This document shows, in pieces, positions 19,701-31,031 of a stretch of DNA of 64,000 nt. The translations under genes were made by a program, and so were the position numbers. Source of the DNA: Microcoleus sp. (GTDB lineage: Bacteria > Cyanobacteriota > Cyanobacteriia > Cyanobacteriales > Microcoleaceae); contig JAYFMW010000017.1 of NCBI GenBank assembly GCA_042408215.1, forward strand, positions 320,001 to 384,000, given 5' to 3'. Every line of letters starts with the position of its first letter. The stretch's first letter is position 1. The notes under the pieces were generated by a model that saw nothing but the letters and a program-made list of their open reading frames with translations, made no database searches and was not told the DNA's origin.

Positions 19701-21721
19701 GTTAGTTGTCCTAAAGAGTCGATCGCCGGTGCTACACTAAATAAACCTGTATTGTCATTCCCCACCACTTGAAAGTTTACGCTTTGTGCCGACTCGTTGG
19801 CGGGGCCTGGAAAAATGGCTGTAGCCCATCCAGTAACGCTTTGTGGGCCTGCGTTGCGATTGAGGGTGCGATCGAGCCCTTTGACAAACGAGGGTGCGTC
19901 GTTGACTGAATTAACTGCGATCGCCGATGTTATTGAATTAGTGCTAAACGGTGTCGTTCCCCCAGTAACAGAAGCATTGACACCCGTTGTACCGCTAGCT
20001 ACTCCGTTACTTCCATCCCATGCCCGAAAGGTAATTGTCGGTTCATTACCAGGGGTACTGTAATAGTCTGGATTGGGTACAAAGCGGACTCTCGGATTCG
20101 ATCGACTTTGCAAGAAAACCTGCGTTAGGTTGATGTTAGCCTTGGCCTCAGTAGTATTGTCGCCGAGGAATAGAAAGTTAGGAGTTTCGTAAGGATCGAT
20201 CGGGCCACTAAATGCCGAATAATCTCGCAGCGGGCCACTAAATCCGGTGCTACCGTCAAAAATGGGGCTACCATCATTAACAAGAGAGTAACTGTCGCCT
20301 TGAATGCTGAGAGTGTAGTTAGTAGCGCGATTGGTGTTGTAAGCAATATTTTCGGCTGGCAGAAATAAGCCGTTGGGTTGTCCGCCTGGATTGGGAGTAA
20401 TACCGTCTCCTTTTGCAAATATCCTGCCGGAAGTTGCAGATAGCTGTTGGAAACCAATTTCAATTGCTTTGCGATCGCTTGTAACTACAACAATACTAAA
20501 ACCTGCTTCATTCTGATCGCTCCGCGATTCTGAAATAATTTGAAGATTAAAAGATATTTCAAATCCAACAGTAACAAAGCCTGCATTCCTATCCAGTAAA
20601 GGAAATGATGAATTTAAAGGAGTTCCTAAAGCCCTATGGCTGCTGTATCCAGCATAGATACTATTTGCAGCATTGCTGTTTAAATTAGCTCCATTCCCGC
20701 TAAATATTTCTGAAGCATTAGAAGTAGGAGAAGCCGCATTTAAGTTTGTCAAATCCAGCCAACCTTGAGGACTGGGAGTATTGCCAACTAAGCCATTATA
20801 AAGAAAAGTCGGGCCGAGTACAGTTGCTGAACTGTCAGAAACAGTGCCGAAATCTGTCCAAGTATTGTCGCCGTTAGTTGAAAATTGCCAATTGCCGTTA
20901 GTATTGTCAACTCCCGTGACTGCCATACCGAAAGGATATCCATTAGGATCGCTTACCACATCGTAAAGATAGGCATAAATATTAATTCCCCTGTTATTTG
21001 CATTGGGCAAATCTTCGTTCATGAATAATGCCAGCGGATTAACAGAAGTATCCAAAACAGGAGCGCTGTTTACCTGCCGGTTGCGGAGGCTGTCAATATA
21101 AATAGTGTTAATTCCGCCGTTGGGCAAACCGATAGAACCCGGACTGTTGACAGCATAATTAGCAGTTTTGTTGACTCCACCAAGAGCACTATAAAATTCG
21201 ACATTTCCACCATTATTTGGTGCTGGAATTTGCACTTTAGCTGCATTTCCCAAGGCTCCTAAACCAGTAGTCGGCCAGGCGATCGAATCAATTGAAGTAA
21301 TCCCCGAACTGCTAGTATCTACCCACGCAATATCAGATTCTGCAAAATCCCCTCCAAAACCGTTAGTGCTGAATAAAACATTGTTTAGATACGTGCCACC
21401 AGCACCATTATTGATCGGCAATTGAATGTTCCAATCACCATTAGTTCCGCCCGGAACTGGGTTGTAGGCAATATCATTAGTAGGAATTACACTTGAACCG
21501 CCGATCGCAATTATGGTTCCTGCCTTGAATACAGGAGCAATATCTCCCATATTCCTGAACTGATAAGCAGATCTTTTGATAGCGGTTGAACCATCTGCAT
21601 CGCCTACAAAATAAGACTGAAGTTGAGCGGCATTCATGTCTTCAGTGAGCAGCAATTCCACATACTCATTACCCTGAAACATTCCATTGCGCCGGAATTC
21701 GTTGATTATTATCTGTCCCAT
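16781..21721 (-). CDS. Giant secreted Ca-binding surface protein (Ig/cadherin-like, Calx-beta, Pro-Thr linker, RTX repeats)
   Basis: [23 protein letters not shown] (Calx-beta), TPTPISAE repeats, GGxGxD nonapeptides; likely start MGQIIINEF. Confidence 0.85.
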   Translation of the reverse strand: MGQIIINEFRRNGMFQGNEYVELLLTEDMNAAQLQSYFVGDADGSTAIKRSAYQFRNMGDIAPVFKAGTIIAIGGSSVIPTNDIAYNPVPGGTNGDWNIQLPINNGAGGTYLNNVLFSTNGFGGDFAESDIAWVDTSSSGITSIDSIAWPTTGLGALGNAAKVQIPAPNNGGNVEFYSALGGVNKTANYAVNSPGSIGLPNGGINTIYIDSLRNRQVNSAPVLDTSVNPLALFMNEDLPNANNRGINIYAYLYDVVSDPNGYPFGMAVTGVDNTNGNWQFSTNGDNTWTDFGTVSDSSATVLGPTFLYNGLVGNTPSPQGWLDLTNLNAASPTSNASEIFSGNGANLNSNAANSIYAGYSSHRALGTPLNSSFPLLDRNAGFVTVGFEISFNLQIISESRSDQNEAGFSIVVVTSDRKAIEIGFQQLSATSGRIFAKGDGITPNPGGQPNGLFLPAENIAYNTNRATNYTLSIQGDSYSLVNDGSPIFDGSTGFSGPLRDYSAFSGPIDPYETPNFLFLGDNTTEAKANINLTQVFLQSRSNPRVRFVPNPDYYSTPGNEPTITFRAWDGSNGVASGTTGVNASVTGGTTPFSTNSITSAIAVNSVNDAPSFVKGLDRTLNRNAGPQSVTGWATAIFPGPANESAQSVNFQVVGNDNTGLFSVAPAIDSLGQLTFTPATGKTGNATITINLKDSGGTANGGVDTSPNQTFRINVNNTGTFNFSAADYTVSENGNFGTITVTRTDDINGVASVDYNTSNGTANAGSDYTATSGTLNFAIGETSKTFTIEIIDDTLVEGNETVNLRLISPTNGADLGTISTAVLTIVDTTPTPTPIPTPAETPTPTPTPISAETPTPTPTPISAETPTPISAETPTPTPTPTPAETPTPTPTPISAETPTPTPTPISAETPTPISAETPTPTPTPISAETPTPTPTPISAETPTPTPTPTPISAETPTPTPTPAETLTPTPTPISAETPTPTPIPISAETPTPTPTPISAETPTPTPTPISAETPTPTPTPTPTPAETPTPIPISAETPTPTPTPISAETPTPTPTPISAETPTPISAETPTPTPTPISAETPTPISAETPTPTPTPISAETPTPTPTPTPTPAETPTPTPTPISAETPTPTPTPTPTPAETPTPTPTPISAETPTPTPTPISAETPTPTPTPISAETPTPTPTPISAETPTPTPTPISAETPTPTPIPISAETPTPTPTPISAETPTPTPIPISAETPTPTPTSAETPIQVGVSLGAPPLQVAGETPTDFDGGNTDTFWENCICDRTILPDRTSIPAPNITENTLNTTDGKDTLTGSNFNDSINGFNGSDLLIGLEGSDHIYGGFPSNISVAPDTDSDTIFGNENHDYIIGHAGDDIIYSGKDHDLAIGGKDNDLIWGDKGNDTLLGDDGNDTIFGDTSDASDGDLTGRDLLFGDRGNDILYGKESEDSLSGGEDNDTLHGGQDNDLIFGNSGNDLLLGDLGNDSICGGEGDDTMVGDTDNIATDASSQKDYICGGSGNDLIFGNDDTDKLCGCDGNDTLHGGKGDDTLTGGIGDDWLMGDLGNDTLQGGNGRDYFVLTAGEGGHVITDFTKGEDVLILTRGLTFDGLSIVQENSATLIRIAGTDRLLAKLKGMQASAIEPQDFTII
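17990..19240. repeat. Coding tandem repeat (TPTPTPISAE)n
   Basis: GGAGTTTCCGCAGAAATT-based units. Confidence 0.95.
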
Positions 21722-22041
21722 ATAGATGCACCTAAATTTCAAATAAAAATGACGTTTGCTCTGCCAAACACTGCCGCCCTAGGACTAGCGACCTAAATTC
21801 ATTTTTTCAGATTATTTGCGTGATTATACTGAGCTAGAAATGTAAATTGGTGTTAAATATAATATTAAATCATAACTGTACGGATTGGCTGTGTCAAGCA
21901 CAATCTTAAATAACTGAGTTTGTCGGGATGATGAAGCGCGGATTTGAGATGATGAGTTTGAAAACCGCAGATGTAGACAGATAAATACTGATCGACGCAG
22001 ATATTTCTGATTTACAGCGTATTCCAAGTTTATGAAGTGTA

Positions 22042-23133
22042 GTAGGGACAGGGATCCGTGCCCTTCTTCGTGTCAACTTAAGACTGAAAGCCTTGAGAAA
22101 TCTCGTTTTTACCTGAGTCTAGATCCCCCTCGCATCCCCCTTAAGAAGAGGGACTTTGAGAAGATTCCAGTCCCCCCCTTCTTAAGGGGGGCTAGGGGGG
22201 ATCGGGCTTTAATGCTCAAACAGCAGTCTGTGACTAGTTTTGACGTTAAGTTGACACGAAGAAGGGATCCGTGCCCTTCTTCGTGTCAACTTAAGACTGA
22301 AAGCCTTGAGAAATCTCGTTTTTACCTGAGTCTAGATCCCCCTAAATCCCCCTTAAGAAGGGGGACTTTGATCGAACTCTTATCCCCCCCTTCTTAAGGG
22401 GGGTTAGGGGGGATCGGGCTTTAATGCTCAAACAGCAGTCTGTGACTAGTTTTGACGTTAAGTTGACACGAAGAAGGGATCCGTGCCCTTCTTCGTGTCA
22501 ACTTAAGACTGAAAGCCTTGAGAAATCTCGTTTTTACCTGAGTCTAGATCCCCCTAAATCCCCCTTAAGAAGGGGGACTTTGATCGAACTCTTATCCCCC
22601 CCTTCTTAAGGGGGGTTAGGGGGGATCGGGCTTTAATCCTCAAACAGCAGTCTGTGACTACTTTTGACGTTAAGTTGACACGAAGGAGGGCTCCGTACCC
22701 TTCTTTGTGTCAACTTAAGACTGAAAGCCTTGAGAAATCTCGTTTTTACCTGAGTCTAGATCCCCCTAAATCCCCCTTAAGAAGAGGGACTTTGATCGAA
22801 CTCTTATCCCCCCCTTCTTAAGGGGGGCTAGGGGGGATCGGGCTTTAATCCTCAAACAGCAGTCTGTGACTACTTTTGACGTTAAGTTGACACGAAGAAG
22901 GGCACGGATCCCTTCTTCGTGTCAACTTAAGACTGAAAGCCTTGAGAAATCTGGTTTTTACCTGAGTCTAGATCCCCCTAAATCCCCCTTAAGAAGAGGG
23001 ACTTTGATCGAACTCTTATCCCCCCCTTCTTAAGGGGGGCTAGGGGGGATCGGGCTTTAATGCTCAAACAGCAGTCTGTGACTACTTTTGACCTTAAGTT
23101 GACACGAAGAAGGGCACGGTGGGGTGTCCCTAG
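22042..23133. repeat. Head-to-tail array of five ~201 bp MITE units with 11 bp spacers
   Basis: Units at 22063-22264, 22276-22476, 22488-22688, 22700-22900 and 22912-23112; TIRs CTTCTTCGTGTCAACTTAA / TTAAGTTGACACGAAGAAG. Confidence 0.95.
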
Positions 23134-23239
23134 GGGGATAGAACGATCGCGCGGTGTACTTCATAAACGCAGATAATTCTGATTTATCTGCATTGATTGG
23201 GGCTTATTTGGGGTTTTAAGTCAGGGGCGATCGATTGAC

Positions 23240-26200
23240 TTAAATTATCGTAAAGTCCTGCTGTCCGATCGCACCTGCTTGTATTCCTGTGAGCGTAACC
23301 AAGAGTTCACCAGTATTGGCAATCTTGATTAAAGTTGCACTGTTATCTTGGATGATACTGAGCCGATCGACTGTCAAGCCTCTTGTTAAAATAAGCACAT
23401 CTTCCCCTTGGGTAAAATCAGTAATAACATCGCTGCCTTGTCCCGCAGTGAACAAAAAGTAATCGCCGCCGCTTCCCCCTTGCAGGGTATCGTTTCCGAA
23501 ATCTCCAATCAGCCAGTCATCGCCAAGGCCGCCAGCCACAGAATCGTCACCTTTGCCACCGTAAACACTATCATTGCCTTCCCCGCCACATAGTTTGTCA
23601 GAACCGCCATTGCCAAACATCAGGTCATTACCAGCCCCGCCACACAAGCAATCTGGTTCACCGTTAAGGGCGATCGCACTTTCTCCAAAAATAGTATCGT
23701 CTCCTTCGCCACCACCAATGCGATCGGCACCGCGATCGCCCAACAGCAGATCGTTGCCAGTACCGCCAACCAGCACGTCATCGCCCTTGCCGCCGCATAG
23801 CGTGTCATTACCCCCGCCCCCAGAAAGAGTGTCAGCGCTATCTTCCCCATTCAGGAAGTCTTGGCCTTCCCCGCCAAACAGCAAATCGCGTCCTGTTAAG
23901 TCGGGGTGAGACGGGTCAAAACTGCCTCCAAACAAGCAGTCGTTACCCTGGTATCCCACCAAAGTATCATTGCCCTTGTCGCCCCAAATCAAGTCATCGT
24001 CTTTGCCGCCGATCGCCACATCATTGCCCTTACCAGCGAAAATGAGATCGTTGCCCGCATTGCCATTGAGGTAGTCATTGCCATTACCACCAGACAGCAC
24101 ATCATTGTCTGTATCCGGGCTAATCAGGACGCTGGACAGTCCCCCATAAATATTATCGTTGCCCTTTTCACCGATGAGAATGTCGTTGCCGTTCAAACCG
24201 TTGATAGCGTCGTTGAGATTGCTGCCGGTGAGGAAGTCGTCGCCGTCAGTGCCATTAAAAGTGCGATCGACCGAATTCGGGCCCGGAATCGAACTGATCG
24301 CGGGCAGGGTAATCTCTTCGCAAATGCAATCGCGATCGTCTGAAGTCTGTAGGGGCGGTCTCCCCGTGTCCGCCCCCGTCGGAGTCGGAGTGTCCGTTGG
24401 AGTTGGACTTGTTGGACTTGTTGGAGTCGGAGTTGTTGGAGTTGGACTTGTTGGAGTCGGACTTGTTGGAGTCGGAGTTGTTGGAGTCGGACTTGTTGGA
24501 GTCGGAGTTGTTGGAGTTGGACTTGTTGGAGTCGGACTTGTTGGAGTCGGACTTGTTGGAGTCGGACTTGTTGGAGTCGGACTTGTTGGAGTCGGACTTG
24601 TCGGAGTCGGACTTGTTGGAGTCGGACTTGTCGGAGTCGGACTTGTCGGAGTCGGAGTTGTTGGAGTCGGACTTGTCGGAGTTGGACTTGTCGGAGTCGG
24701 ACTTGTCGGAGTCGGACTTGTCGGAGTTGGACTTGTTGGACTTGTCGGAGTTGTCGGAGTTGGACTTGTTGGAGTTGGACTTGTCGGAGTTGGACTTGTT
24801 GGAGTTGGACTTGTCGGAGTTGGACTTGTTGGAGTTGTCGGAGTTGTTGGACTTGTTGAAGTCGGAGTTGTCGGAGTTGGACTTGTTGGAGTTGGACTTG
24901 TCGGAGTTGGACTTGTTGGAGTTGGACTTGTCGGAGTTGGACTTGTTGGAGTTGTCGGAGTTGTTGGACTTGTTGAAGTCGGAGTTGTCGGAGTTGGACT
25001 TGTCGGAGTTGGACTTGTCGGAGTTGGACTTGTCGGAGTTGGACTTGTTGGAGTTGGACTTGTCGGAGTTGGACTTGTTGGAGTTGGACTTGTTGGAGTT
25101 GGAGTTGTCGGAGTTGGACTTGTCGGAGTTGGACTTGTCGGAGTTGGACTTGTTGGAGTTGGACTTGTTGGAGTTGGAGTTGGAGTTGTTGGAGTTGGAG
25201 TTGGAGTTGGAGTCGGAGTTGGAGTTGGAGTCGGAGTTGGAGTTGGAGTTGGAGTTGGAGTTGGAGTCGGAGTTGGAGTTGGAGTTGGAGTTGGAGTCGG
25301 AGTTGGAGTCGGAGTTGGAGTTGTAGTTGGAGTTGGAGTTGGAGTCGGAGTTGGAGTTGGAGTCGGAGTTGGAGTTGGAGTTGGAGTTGGAGTTGGAGCT
25401 ACATCGTTATCTAAAATTGTCAAATTCGCCGTACTTTGCGATCCCACACTCCCACCGTTTGTGGGATTATTCAGACTAAGTGCAACAATCTCACTTCCCT
25501 CTACTAAGGTGTCATCGTTAATGGGAATCGTAAAAGTTTTGCTTGTTTCCCCGATCGCAAAGTTTAAAGTTCCTGATGTTGTCGTGTAGTCACTGCCTGC
25601 ATTAGCCGTCCCGTCGGAAGTGCTGTAGCTGATATCAGCCGCCACATTAGTGTTACTTGTCCGAGTCACGGTAATTGTGGCAACACCCCCGCTTTCACCG
25701 ATATCGTAATTTGCAGCACTAAAATTAAAACTGCCTGGGTTGGGAATATTGACATTAAAGCTTCCCAAGTTACTGGCTGCAACAAAGTTATTATTGATAT
25801 CGCTAACTTGGCCCGATTCGATCGCGATCGCATAATTCCCGTTGTCGCCCAAATCCCAACTGCCACCGGGCGCGGTAATTTGATAGGTAGCCGTGCGAAG
25901 AGTGCCGTTTCCAGCCGGCGTAAAGCTTACCTGTGTTGCTAATTGGTTAAATCCGGCTGGCCCAATCACCCGGATGTCTGAATTATCAAAACTGCTGCTG
26001 TTGACAGCAACATTGTCGCTGTAGTCTACCGTAAAAGTTTCTGTAGTGTCGCCAGCAACGAGAATATTGCTAGCAACTAAATTGGCAGCAACAGGTACGA
26101 TCGTATCGGCTGTGATGTTGATGCTGAATGTTTGGGCTGCGGAAGTGTCTGCGCCAGCATTGTCAGTACCGCCGCTATCGCTTAACGTCGCAGAGACAGT

Positions 26201-28438
26201 TGCAGTGCCACTGACATCGGTGGCTGGGGTGTAGGTAAGGTTCCCCGCTGAGTCGATCGCAGGCTGCACCGAAAATAGACTGTTGTTGTCGTTGCTAAGG
26301 TTAAAGCTGATGGTTTGAGTGGATTCGTCGTCAGGGCCCTTAGAGACGCTTGTGGCCCAGTTGTTGACTGTTTGCGATCCCCCACCTGCGATCGCACTTG
26401 AGTCGACCCCTTTCACAAACGACGGTGCATCGTTGACAGAATTAACGGTAATTGTAGCCGTCTCGCTGGCTGTACTGAAAGCTGCTAACCCCCCCATACT
26501 GCTAGCAGTCGAAATATCACCCGTCCCGCCGTTCGTGAACGTAGTAGTGGTGCCAGAGTTTGTTGTCGTTCCATCCCATGCCTGATAAGTGATATCGGCA
26601 CTGCCGTTGTAGTCAGCATTGGGAACAAAGCGGATGCTGACAGTGCCTGCTAGCAGTCTCGCTGCTGCTGTTGACGGCGTGCCGAATGCCGTCCAAGTCG
26701 CACCGCTATCAGTTGAATATTCCCAACTGCCGTTAGTATTCTCTGTCGCCGTGACTGCAATTCCTTGAGTGTCGCTGGTGTCGGGATCTGTAACAGCACC
26801 TGCAATTAAAGCAGAAACTAAGGTGCCGGTGTTGCTGGCAGAAGGTACATCTTCGTTAATTGCTGTTGGTGTCGGCGTTCCGCTGTTGTCGAGTACAGGT
26901 GCGTGGTTGGCTGCAAACGCTGCGAATGCCGTGGGAAGGGCAAAATTGTTGTCGCTGACAAGAATGAGCGATCGCTTCCCAGTTGCCGTCTGAGAAGGCC
27001 CAAATGTCATCCCTTCAAAATTGTTGATCGGAAAGCCTGAAGTGTTTGGAAAATCAGCAATCAGAGTTTTCGATACCGGTGTAATGCCAGTAACACCAGA
27101 AGCAATCAAGCCAGTATTGGTTTGAATGTCAGTCGCACCGTTTAAAGAAATTTGATAAAGCTTCAAATCCCCTGAAGGCGGTGTGGTCGATAAGTCGAGA
27201 AAACGTTCGAGAACCAGTAGCGTATTATCATCAACGGCCAGCATTTCTGAAATGCCGTTGCGTGGATCGGTGTTGTAAAGAAATTCTCCGTTTGCGGTGT
27301 TTGGGCCTAAGTTATATCTTAAAATTCGCGATCGCGCGCCCGCCGTTGTACCTGAAGCAAGGCCGTCTTGTTCGAGAGCATTTTCTGTTGCTGTAAACAG
27401 AAAACTTTGACTGGGAGTAATGGTCAGACTTTCAAAAGCTTGATTGTTGCGGATGCCACTGCTAGTATCTGCTGATACGTCGTATTTGGGAGAAGCAATA
27501 GGCAACACTAGGTTTTGCTGTCCCGTTGCAATGGCGAAGCTATTGATAAAAGGCTGGGTAGTTGTCGAGAAATTGCCTTCAGAAGAGACGAAGACATTAC
27601 CGCCGATGAAGCCAATGCCCTCTGTATCCGATGTATCTGCGGCAAAGGGAGGCGGATTGCCAATCTGTGTCACCGCTGTAAAATTAACTTGTCCTGGTAC
27701 TGGTGTCAAGCTACCGGAACTCACAGTAGGTATAGTGAGGGTGTAAAAGCGAGACGGGCCGGGACTGGCACCAGGAATATTCCGGCCGTCGGAGATAGCG
27801 TAGTAAGTGTTGCTGCCCGCGTAGGTAAGGCCAGACAGTCCACCTACCCGGGTTGTTGGTGTTCCAAAATTTGTATTTGCCGGAAATCCTGCTTGTCCCA
27901 AAAGTTGTAAACCGAACACAAATTGATAGGCGGCCCTTGTTGCAGGCTCGATCGCCAGCCCAGAAGACACCGCTCCCGTTGTATAATCTAGCTTCCAGTC
28001 TCCGCCTTTGACTGCGCTTCCTACAGGCTTCGTAGAAGCTGCGATGTTTGCCCTTATTAGCTGACTCAGTTGCTGCACAAAGTTAGCGCCCTTCTCCCCC
28101 GTCGCTACATCGCACCCGTACAGCAAAATCTCTGCACTGTCTGCCAGGGCTGCTGACCACTGCTGCAATTGCTTAGCATAGGTTCTTAAATTTGTCAAGC
28201 TTAACTTAGTTGCCCCTAGCTGCAAACTGCCAGGGCTACCGTGGGAGATGATATGAACGCTGGTGATACCGCTGCGACTCGCCAGCGCTACCGTGATTTG
28301 TTCTACCCCATCCCGCACCCCGTCGAGGGTAATTACTTCTGTCCCCGCTTCGATACCGTTGTGGAGAGTTTGGCGATCGTCCAGGGCTGTGTCGATAAAG
28401 GCGATCGAGGTGGATACTAAATCCATATAGTCTGGCAT
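23240..28438 (-). CDS. Giant secreted protein: DUF4347, phytase-like esterase propeller, Calx-beta, Pro-Thr/Ser linker, RTX repeats
   Basis: [20 protein letters not shown] (DUF4347); GGLSGL, DTEGI, NNFEGM and LVSDNNF; GGxGxD repeats. Confidence 0.85.
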   Translation of the reverse strand: MPDYMDLVSTSIAFIDTALDDRQTLHNGIEAGTEVITLDGVRDGVEQITVALASRSGITSVHIISHGSPGSLQLGATKLSLTNLRTYAKQLQQWSAALADSAEILLYGCDVATGEKGANFVQQLSQLIRANIAASTKPVGSAVKGGDWKLDYTTGAVSSGLAIEPATRAAYQFVFGLQLLGQAGFPANTNFGTPTTRVGGLSGLTYAGSNTYYAISDGRNIPGASPGPSRFYTLTIPTVSSGSLTPVPGQVNFTAVTQIGNPPPFAADTSDTEGIGFIGGNVFVSSEGNFSTTTQPFINSFAIATGQQNLVLPIASPKYDVSADTSSGIRNNQAFESLTITPSQSFLFTATENALEQDGLASGTTAGARSRILRYNLGPNTANGEFLYNTDPRNGISEMLAVDDNTLLVLERFLDLSTTPPSGDLKLYQISLNGATDIQTNTGLIASGVTGITPVSKTLIADFPNTSGFPINNFEGMTFGPSQTATGKRSLILVSDNNFALPTAFAAFAANHAPVLDNSGTPTPTAINEDVPSASNTGTLVSALIAGAVTDPDTSDTQGIAVTATENTNGSWEYSTDSGATWTAFGTPSTAAARLLAGTVSIRFVPNADYNGSADITYQAWDGTTTNSGTTTTFTNGGTGDISTASSMGGLAAFSTASETATITVNSVNDAPSFVKGVDSSAIAGGGSQTVNNWATSVSKGPDDESTQTISFNLSNDNNSLFSVQPAIDSAGNLTYTPATDVSGTATVSATLSDSGGTDNAGADTSAAQTFSINITADTIVPVAANLVASNILVAGDTTETFTVDYSDNVAVNSSSFDNSDIRVIGPAGFNQLATQVSFTPAGNGTLRTATYQITAPGGSWDLGDNGNYAIAIESGQVSDINNNFVAASNLGSFNVNIPNPGSFNFSAANYDIGESGGVATITVTRTSNTNVAADISYSTSDGTANAGSDYTTTSGTLNFAIGETSKTFTIPINDDTLVEGSEIVALSLNNPTNGGSVGSQSTANLTILDNDVAPTPTPTPTPTPTPTPTPTPTPTPTTTPTPTPTPTPTPTPTPTPTPTPTPTPTPTPTPTPTPTPTPTPTPTTPTPTPTSPTPTSPTPTSPTPTSPTPTTPTPTSPTPTSPTPTSPTPTSPTPTSPTPTSPTPTSPTPTTPTSTSPTTPTTPTSPTPTSPTPTSPTPTSPTPTSPTPTTPTSTSPTTPTTPTSPTPTSPTPTSPTPTSPTPTSPTPTTPTSPTSPTPTSPTPTSPTPTSPTPTSPTPTTPTPTSPTPTSPTPTSPTPTSPTPTSPTPTSPTPTSPTPTSPTPTSPTPTTPTPTSPTPTTPTPTSPTPTSPTPTTPTPTSPTSPTPTDTPTPTGADTGRPPLQTSDDRDCICEEITLPAISSIPGPNSVDRTFNGTDGDDFLTGSNLNDAINGLNGNDILIGEKGNDNIYGGLSSVLISPDTDNDVLSGGNGNDYLNGNAGNDLIFAGKGNDVAIGGKDDDLIWGDKGNDTLVGYQGNDCLFGGSFDPSHPDLTGRDLLFGGEGQDFLNGEDSADTLSGGGGNDTLCGGKGDDVLVGGTGNDLLLGDRGADRIGGGEGDDTIFGESAIALNGEPDCLCGGAGNDLMFGNGGSDKLCGGEGNDSVYGGKGDDSVAGGLGDDWLIGDFGNDTLQGGSGGDYFLFTAGQGSDVITDFTQGEDVLILTRGLTVDRLSIIQDNSATLIKIANTGELLVTLTGIQAGAIGQQDFTII
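24378..25398. repeat. Coding tandem repeat (PT)n/(PTPTS)n
   Basis: GGAGTT and GGACTTGT(T/C)GGAGT units. Confidence 0.95.
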
Positions 28439-28499
28439 AATATACTTGAAGGTAGATGAAAATACGGAAACTAATGCCTGTCCAATTTAGCAAATTTAT

Positions 28500-30048
28500 A
28501 AGAAATACCCTGAAAACCCTGTGACTTTAGTCCAGGGATGAAAGGGCGTGGCAGGATTTATCCTGCCTGTTCGTAAGTTTCAATATAACATAATGTTTAA
28601 CCGTCCCCGGACAAATACTTCTAGCAATTGAGACCAAGGTAAAGATTTGTTGAGGATTAATTAACTTGTTAATTCACGATCTATACTAAACCTAGTGTCA
28701 CCATAGCCAGTAATTTCAATGTACGCAGTACAAAAAGATGTTTGGCATTTAAAAGTACTCGACAAAACCATTGTCGAACAACTCTTGAGATGGTCAAATA
28801 ATCTGTTTAATGTCGGAACTTACGAAAGTCGGCAACGATACTTTAAGAACCAAATCGCAGTTAAATATCCAGATTTGTATAAAATAGCCAAAACCAACGA
28901 AAATTATGGGTTACTATACTCTCAAGTTGCCCAACAATCTCTTAAATCTGTCGCAGAATCTTTTACTTCTTTCCGAGCCTTAGAGAAGTTGGCAAATCAA
29001 GGAGAAATCCATCAAAAACCGAGACTACCAAGGTACAGAACAAAAGGGGGAATGTACCCCGTTTCATATCCCGGTCAAGCATTAAAGGTAATTGGAAATA
29101 AAGTCAGATTACCCCTAGGGAAAAAAGGAAAAGAATACTTTGGGAAAGATGCGATTTGGGTTCCACTACCTGAACGTATCAAGAATTGCCAGATCAAAGA
29201 ACTCAGGTTAATCCCTAGAAATGGTGAGGTCTGGGTCGAATATGTCCACGAATCTCTGACTGAGCAAGCTCCTAGTTGTAGCTTGGAAGTGACAGGGGTT
29301 CTGGGAATAGATCATGGCATCAATAACTGGTTAACTTGTGTCTCTAGCAATGGTAAACCTTTCATCATTGATGGACATAGACTCAAGTCTTGGAACCAAT
29401 GGTTTAACAAAGAAAAAGCGAGAGTTCAATCAGAACACGCAATACATAAATTACCCAAAGGTTTCTCGTCAAAAAGATTGCAGCAGTTGTCGGAAATTCG
29501 CACTAGAAGGATGAGAGATGCTGTCAACAAAGCAGTTAGAACCATCGTAGATTATTGCGAAAATCACCAAATCAATGTCTTAGTCTTTGGCTGGAACAAG
29601 GCACAGAAGCAAGAGGTTAATATGGGGGTCGTAACTAATCAGAATTTTGTCCAAATACCCACAGCTAAAGTCAAAGATAGACTCCAGCAAGAATGCGACT
29701 TAAGAGGGTGGCGATTTGTTGAACAAGATGAATCTTACACATCAAAAGCAAGTTTTTTAGACCGAGACATTTTGCCAGTAAAAGTCGGTGAAAAACCTGA
29801 CAATTGGCAACCATCGGGTAAAAGAATCAAAAGAGGATTGTACTGTTCTAGCGCTGGGTTGTTAATCAATGCAGACGTTAACGGTGCAGCTAATATCATT
29901 AGAAAGTCAATCATTTGCCATAGACTCAATTCTTGAGCGAGTGGGTAGTGGGTTGCTGACTAATCCTTTAAGAATTAAACTTTGGGCGGATTCATCCCCC
30001 AAAGTTTGTCCTTAAGAATCCCCGTGTCTTTAGACCGGGGAGTGTCAA
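28500..30048 (+). mobile_element. IS200/IS605-family TnpB-only element, copy 1
   Basis: Left end AAGAAATACCC..CCCTGTGACTTTAGTCCAGGG follows TTTAT; right end CCCCGTGTCTTTAGACCGGGGAGTGTCAA; ends shared with copy 2. Confidence 0.85.
28719..29936 (+). CDS. tnpB: RNA-guided endonuclease TnpB
   Basis: LGIDHGINN, QDESYTSK and INADVNGAANI motifs. Confidence 0.9.
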   Translation: MYAVQKDVWHLKVLDKTIVEQLLRWSNNLFNVGTYESRQRYFKNQIAVKYPDLYKIAKTNENYGLLYSQVAQQSLKSVAESFTSFRALEKLANQGEIHQKPRLPRYRTKGGMYPVSYPGQALKVIGNKVRLPLGKKGKEYFGKDAIWVPLPERIKNCQIKELRLIPRNGEVWVEYVHESLTEQAPSCSLEVTGVLGIDHGINNWLTCVSSNGKPFIIDGHRLKSWNQWFNKEKARVQSEHAIHKLPKGFSSKRLQQLSEIRTRRMRDAVNKAVRTIVDYCENHQINVLVFGWNKAQKQEVNMGVVTNQNFVQIPTAKVKDRLQQECDLRGWRFVEQDESYTSKASFLDRDILPVKVGEKPDNWQPSGKRIKRGLYCSSAGLLINADVNGAANIIRKSIICHRLNS

Positions 30049-30338
30049 AATTCAAGTGTCACCGGTAAAATTAAGCATCAAGGGTGAATAATAGTAATTT
30101 TTTGTGAAGAGGTAACAGATGAATCTTATACAGGCGATTTAAGCAACGGAGGATACGGCAGTGCCGTTTCCCTACTCCCCAATAATCGTAGTACGGGCGA
30201 GGGCGATGAACTATCGCCGCATCAATTGTAGGGATACGGCACTGCCGTTTCCTAACTATCGATCGCATTAATTCCGATGCCATCGGATTTGAGATAATTC
30301 ATTTAAATAACGACAATTATTGCACAAAAATCGTTTTT

Positions 30339-31031
30339 TTAGGGTTCCATCGCCAAAAGTTCTTCTGCTACCAATCCTTTCTGAATCGCGAGTACAGCAG
30401 CTTGAGTGCGATCGCGCACTTCTAACTTTTGCAAAATCGCGTGAACGTGAACTCGCACTGTCCCCGGAGCAATATACAATATTTGAGCAATTTCCTGATT
30501 GCTTTTTCCCCCCGCAACTAAAGCTAATATTTCCTGTTCCCGCTTCGTCAACGGATTCTCCAAAACTTCTGATTTTGACCCAACTTTAACAGGTTCAGGA
30601 TTAGTAAAAACCGCCATAATTTCCGCAGTTGCCGCCTTATCCCACCACGAAGCGCCCGCCGCTACCGAGCGAATTGCCAAAACCAAAGTTTCCGCCGCAA
30701 TTCCCTTGAGACAATATCCTTGGGCCCCCGCCGCAATCAATCTTTCAATTAAGGATTTTTGAGAATGAGATGTTAAAATCAAAACTGGAATTAATGGATG
30801 TCGCTGTTTAATTTGGCGGCAAGCTTCAAGGCCGCCAATTCCCGGCAAACCGACATCTAGAACCACCACATCCGGCAAATGTTCCTGAGTCAATTCTACC
30901 GCTGTTTCGCCATCTTCTGCTTCAGCAATTATTTGCAAGCAACTTTCTTGCTGCAATCTGGTTTGCAGCCCTAACCGAAACAGTTCGTCGTCTTCAACTA
31001 GGAGAATTCGCAAGGGATAAGCTGGTTTCAT
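30339..31031 (-). CDS. NarL/LuxR-family response regulator
   Basis: REC domain (LVEDD, LDVGLP) plus LTKREQEIL...TVRVHV HTH. Confidence 0.92.
   Translation of the reverse strand: MKPAYPLRILLVEDDELFRLGLQTRLQQESCLQIIAEAEDGETAVELTQEHLPDVVVLDVGLPGIGGLEACRQIKQRHPLIPVLILTSHSQKSLIERLIAAGAQGYCLKGIAAETLVLAIRSVAAGASWWDKAATAEIMAVFTNPEPVKVGSKSEVLENPLTKREQEILALVAGGKSNQEIAQILYIAPGTVRVHVHAILQKLEVRDRTQAAVLAIQKGLVAEELLAMEP

Noticed and set aside
22063..23112. CRISPR array interpretation of the periodic palindromes, and ORFs 22032..22397 and 22424..22609
   Set aside because: Intervening sequences are near-identical rather than unique spacers, there are no cas genes, and units match the dispersed MITE; the ORFs are repeat translations
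24159..25589. 476 aa and 309 aa + strand ORFs (VG- and LE-rich)
   Set aside because: Antisense shadows of the Pro-Thr/Ser repeat
28719..29936. Nuclease-dead TldR or Cas12 interpretation
   Set aside because: Both catalytic Asp residues are retained, IS ends are intact, the two copies have different flanks, and there is no array
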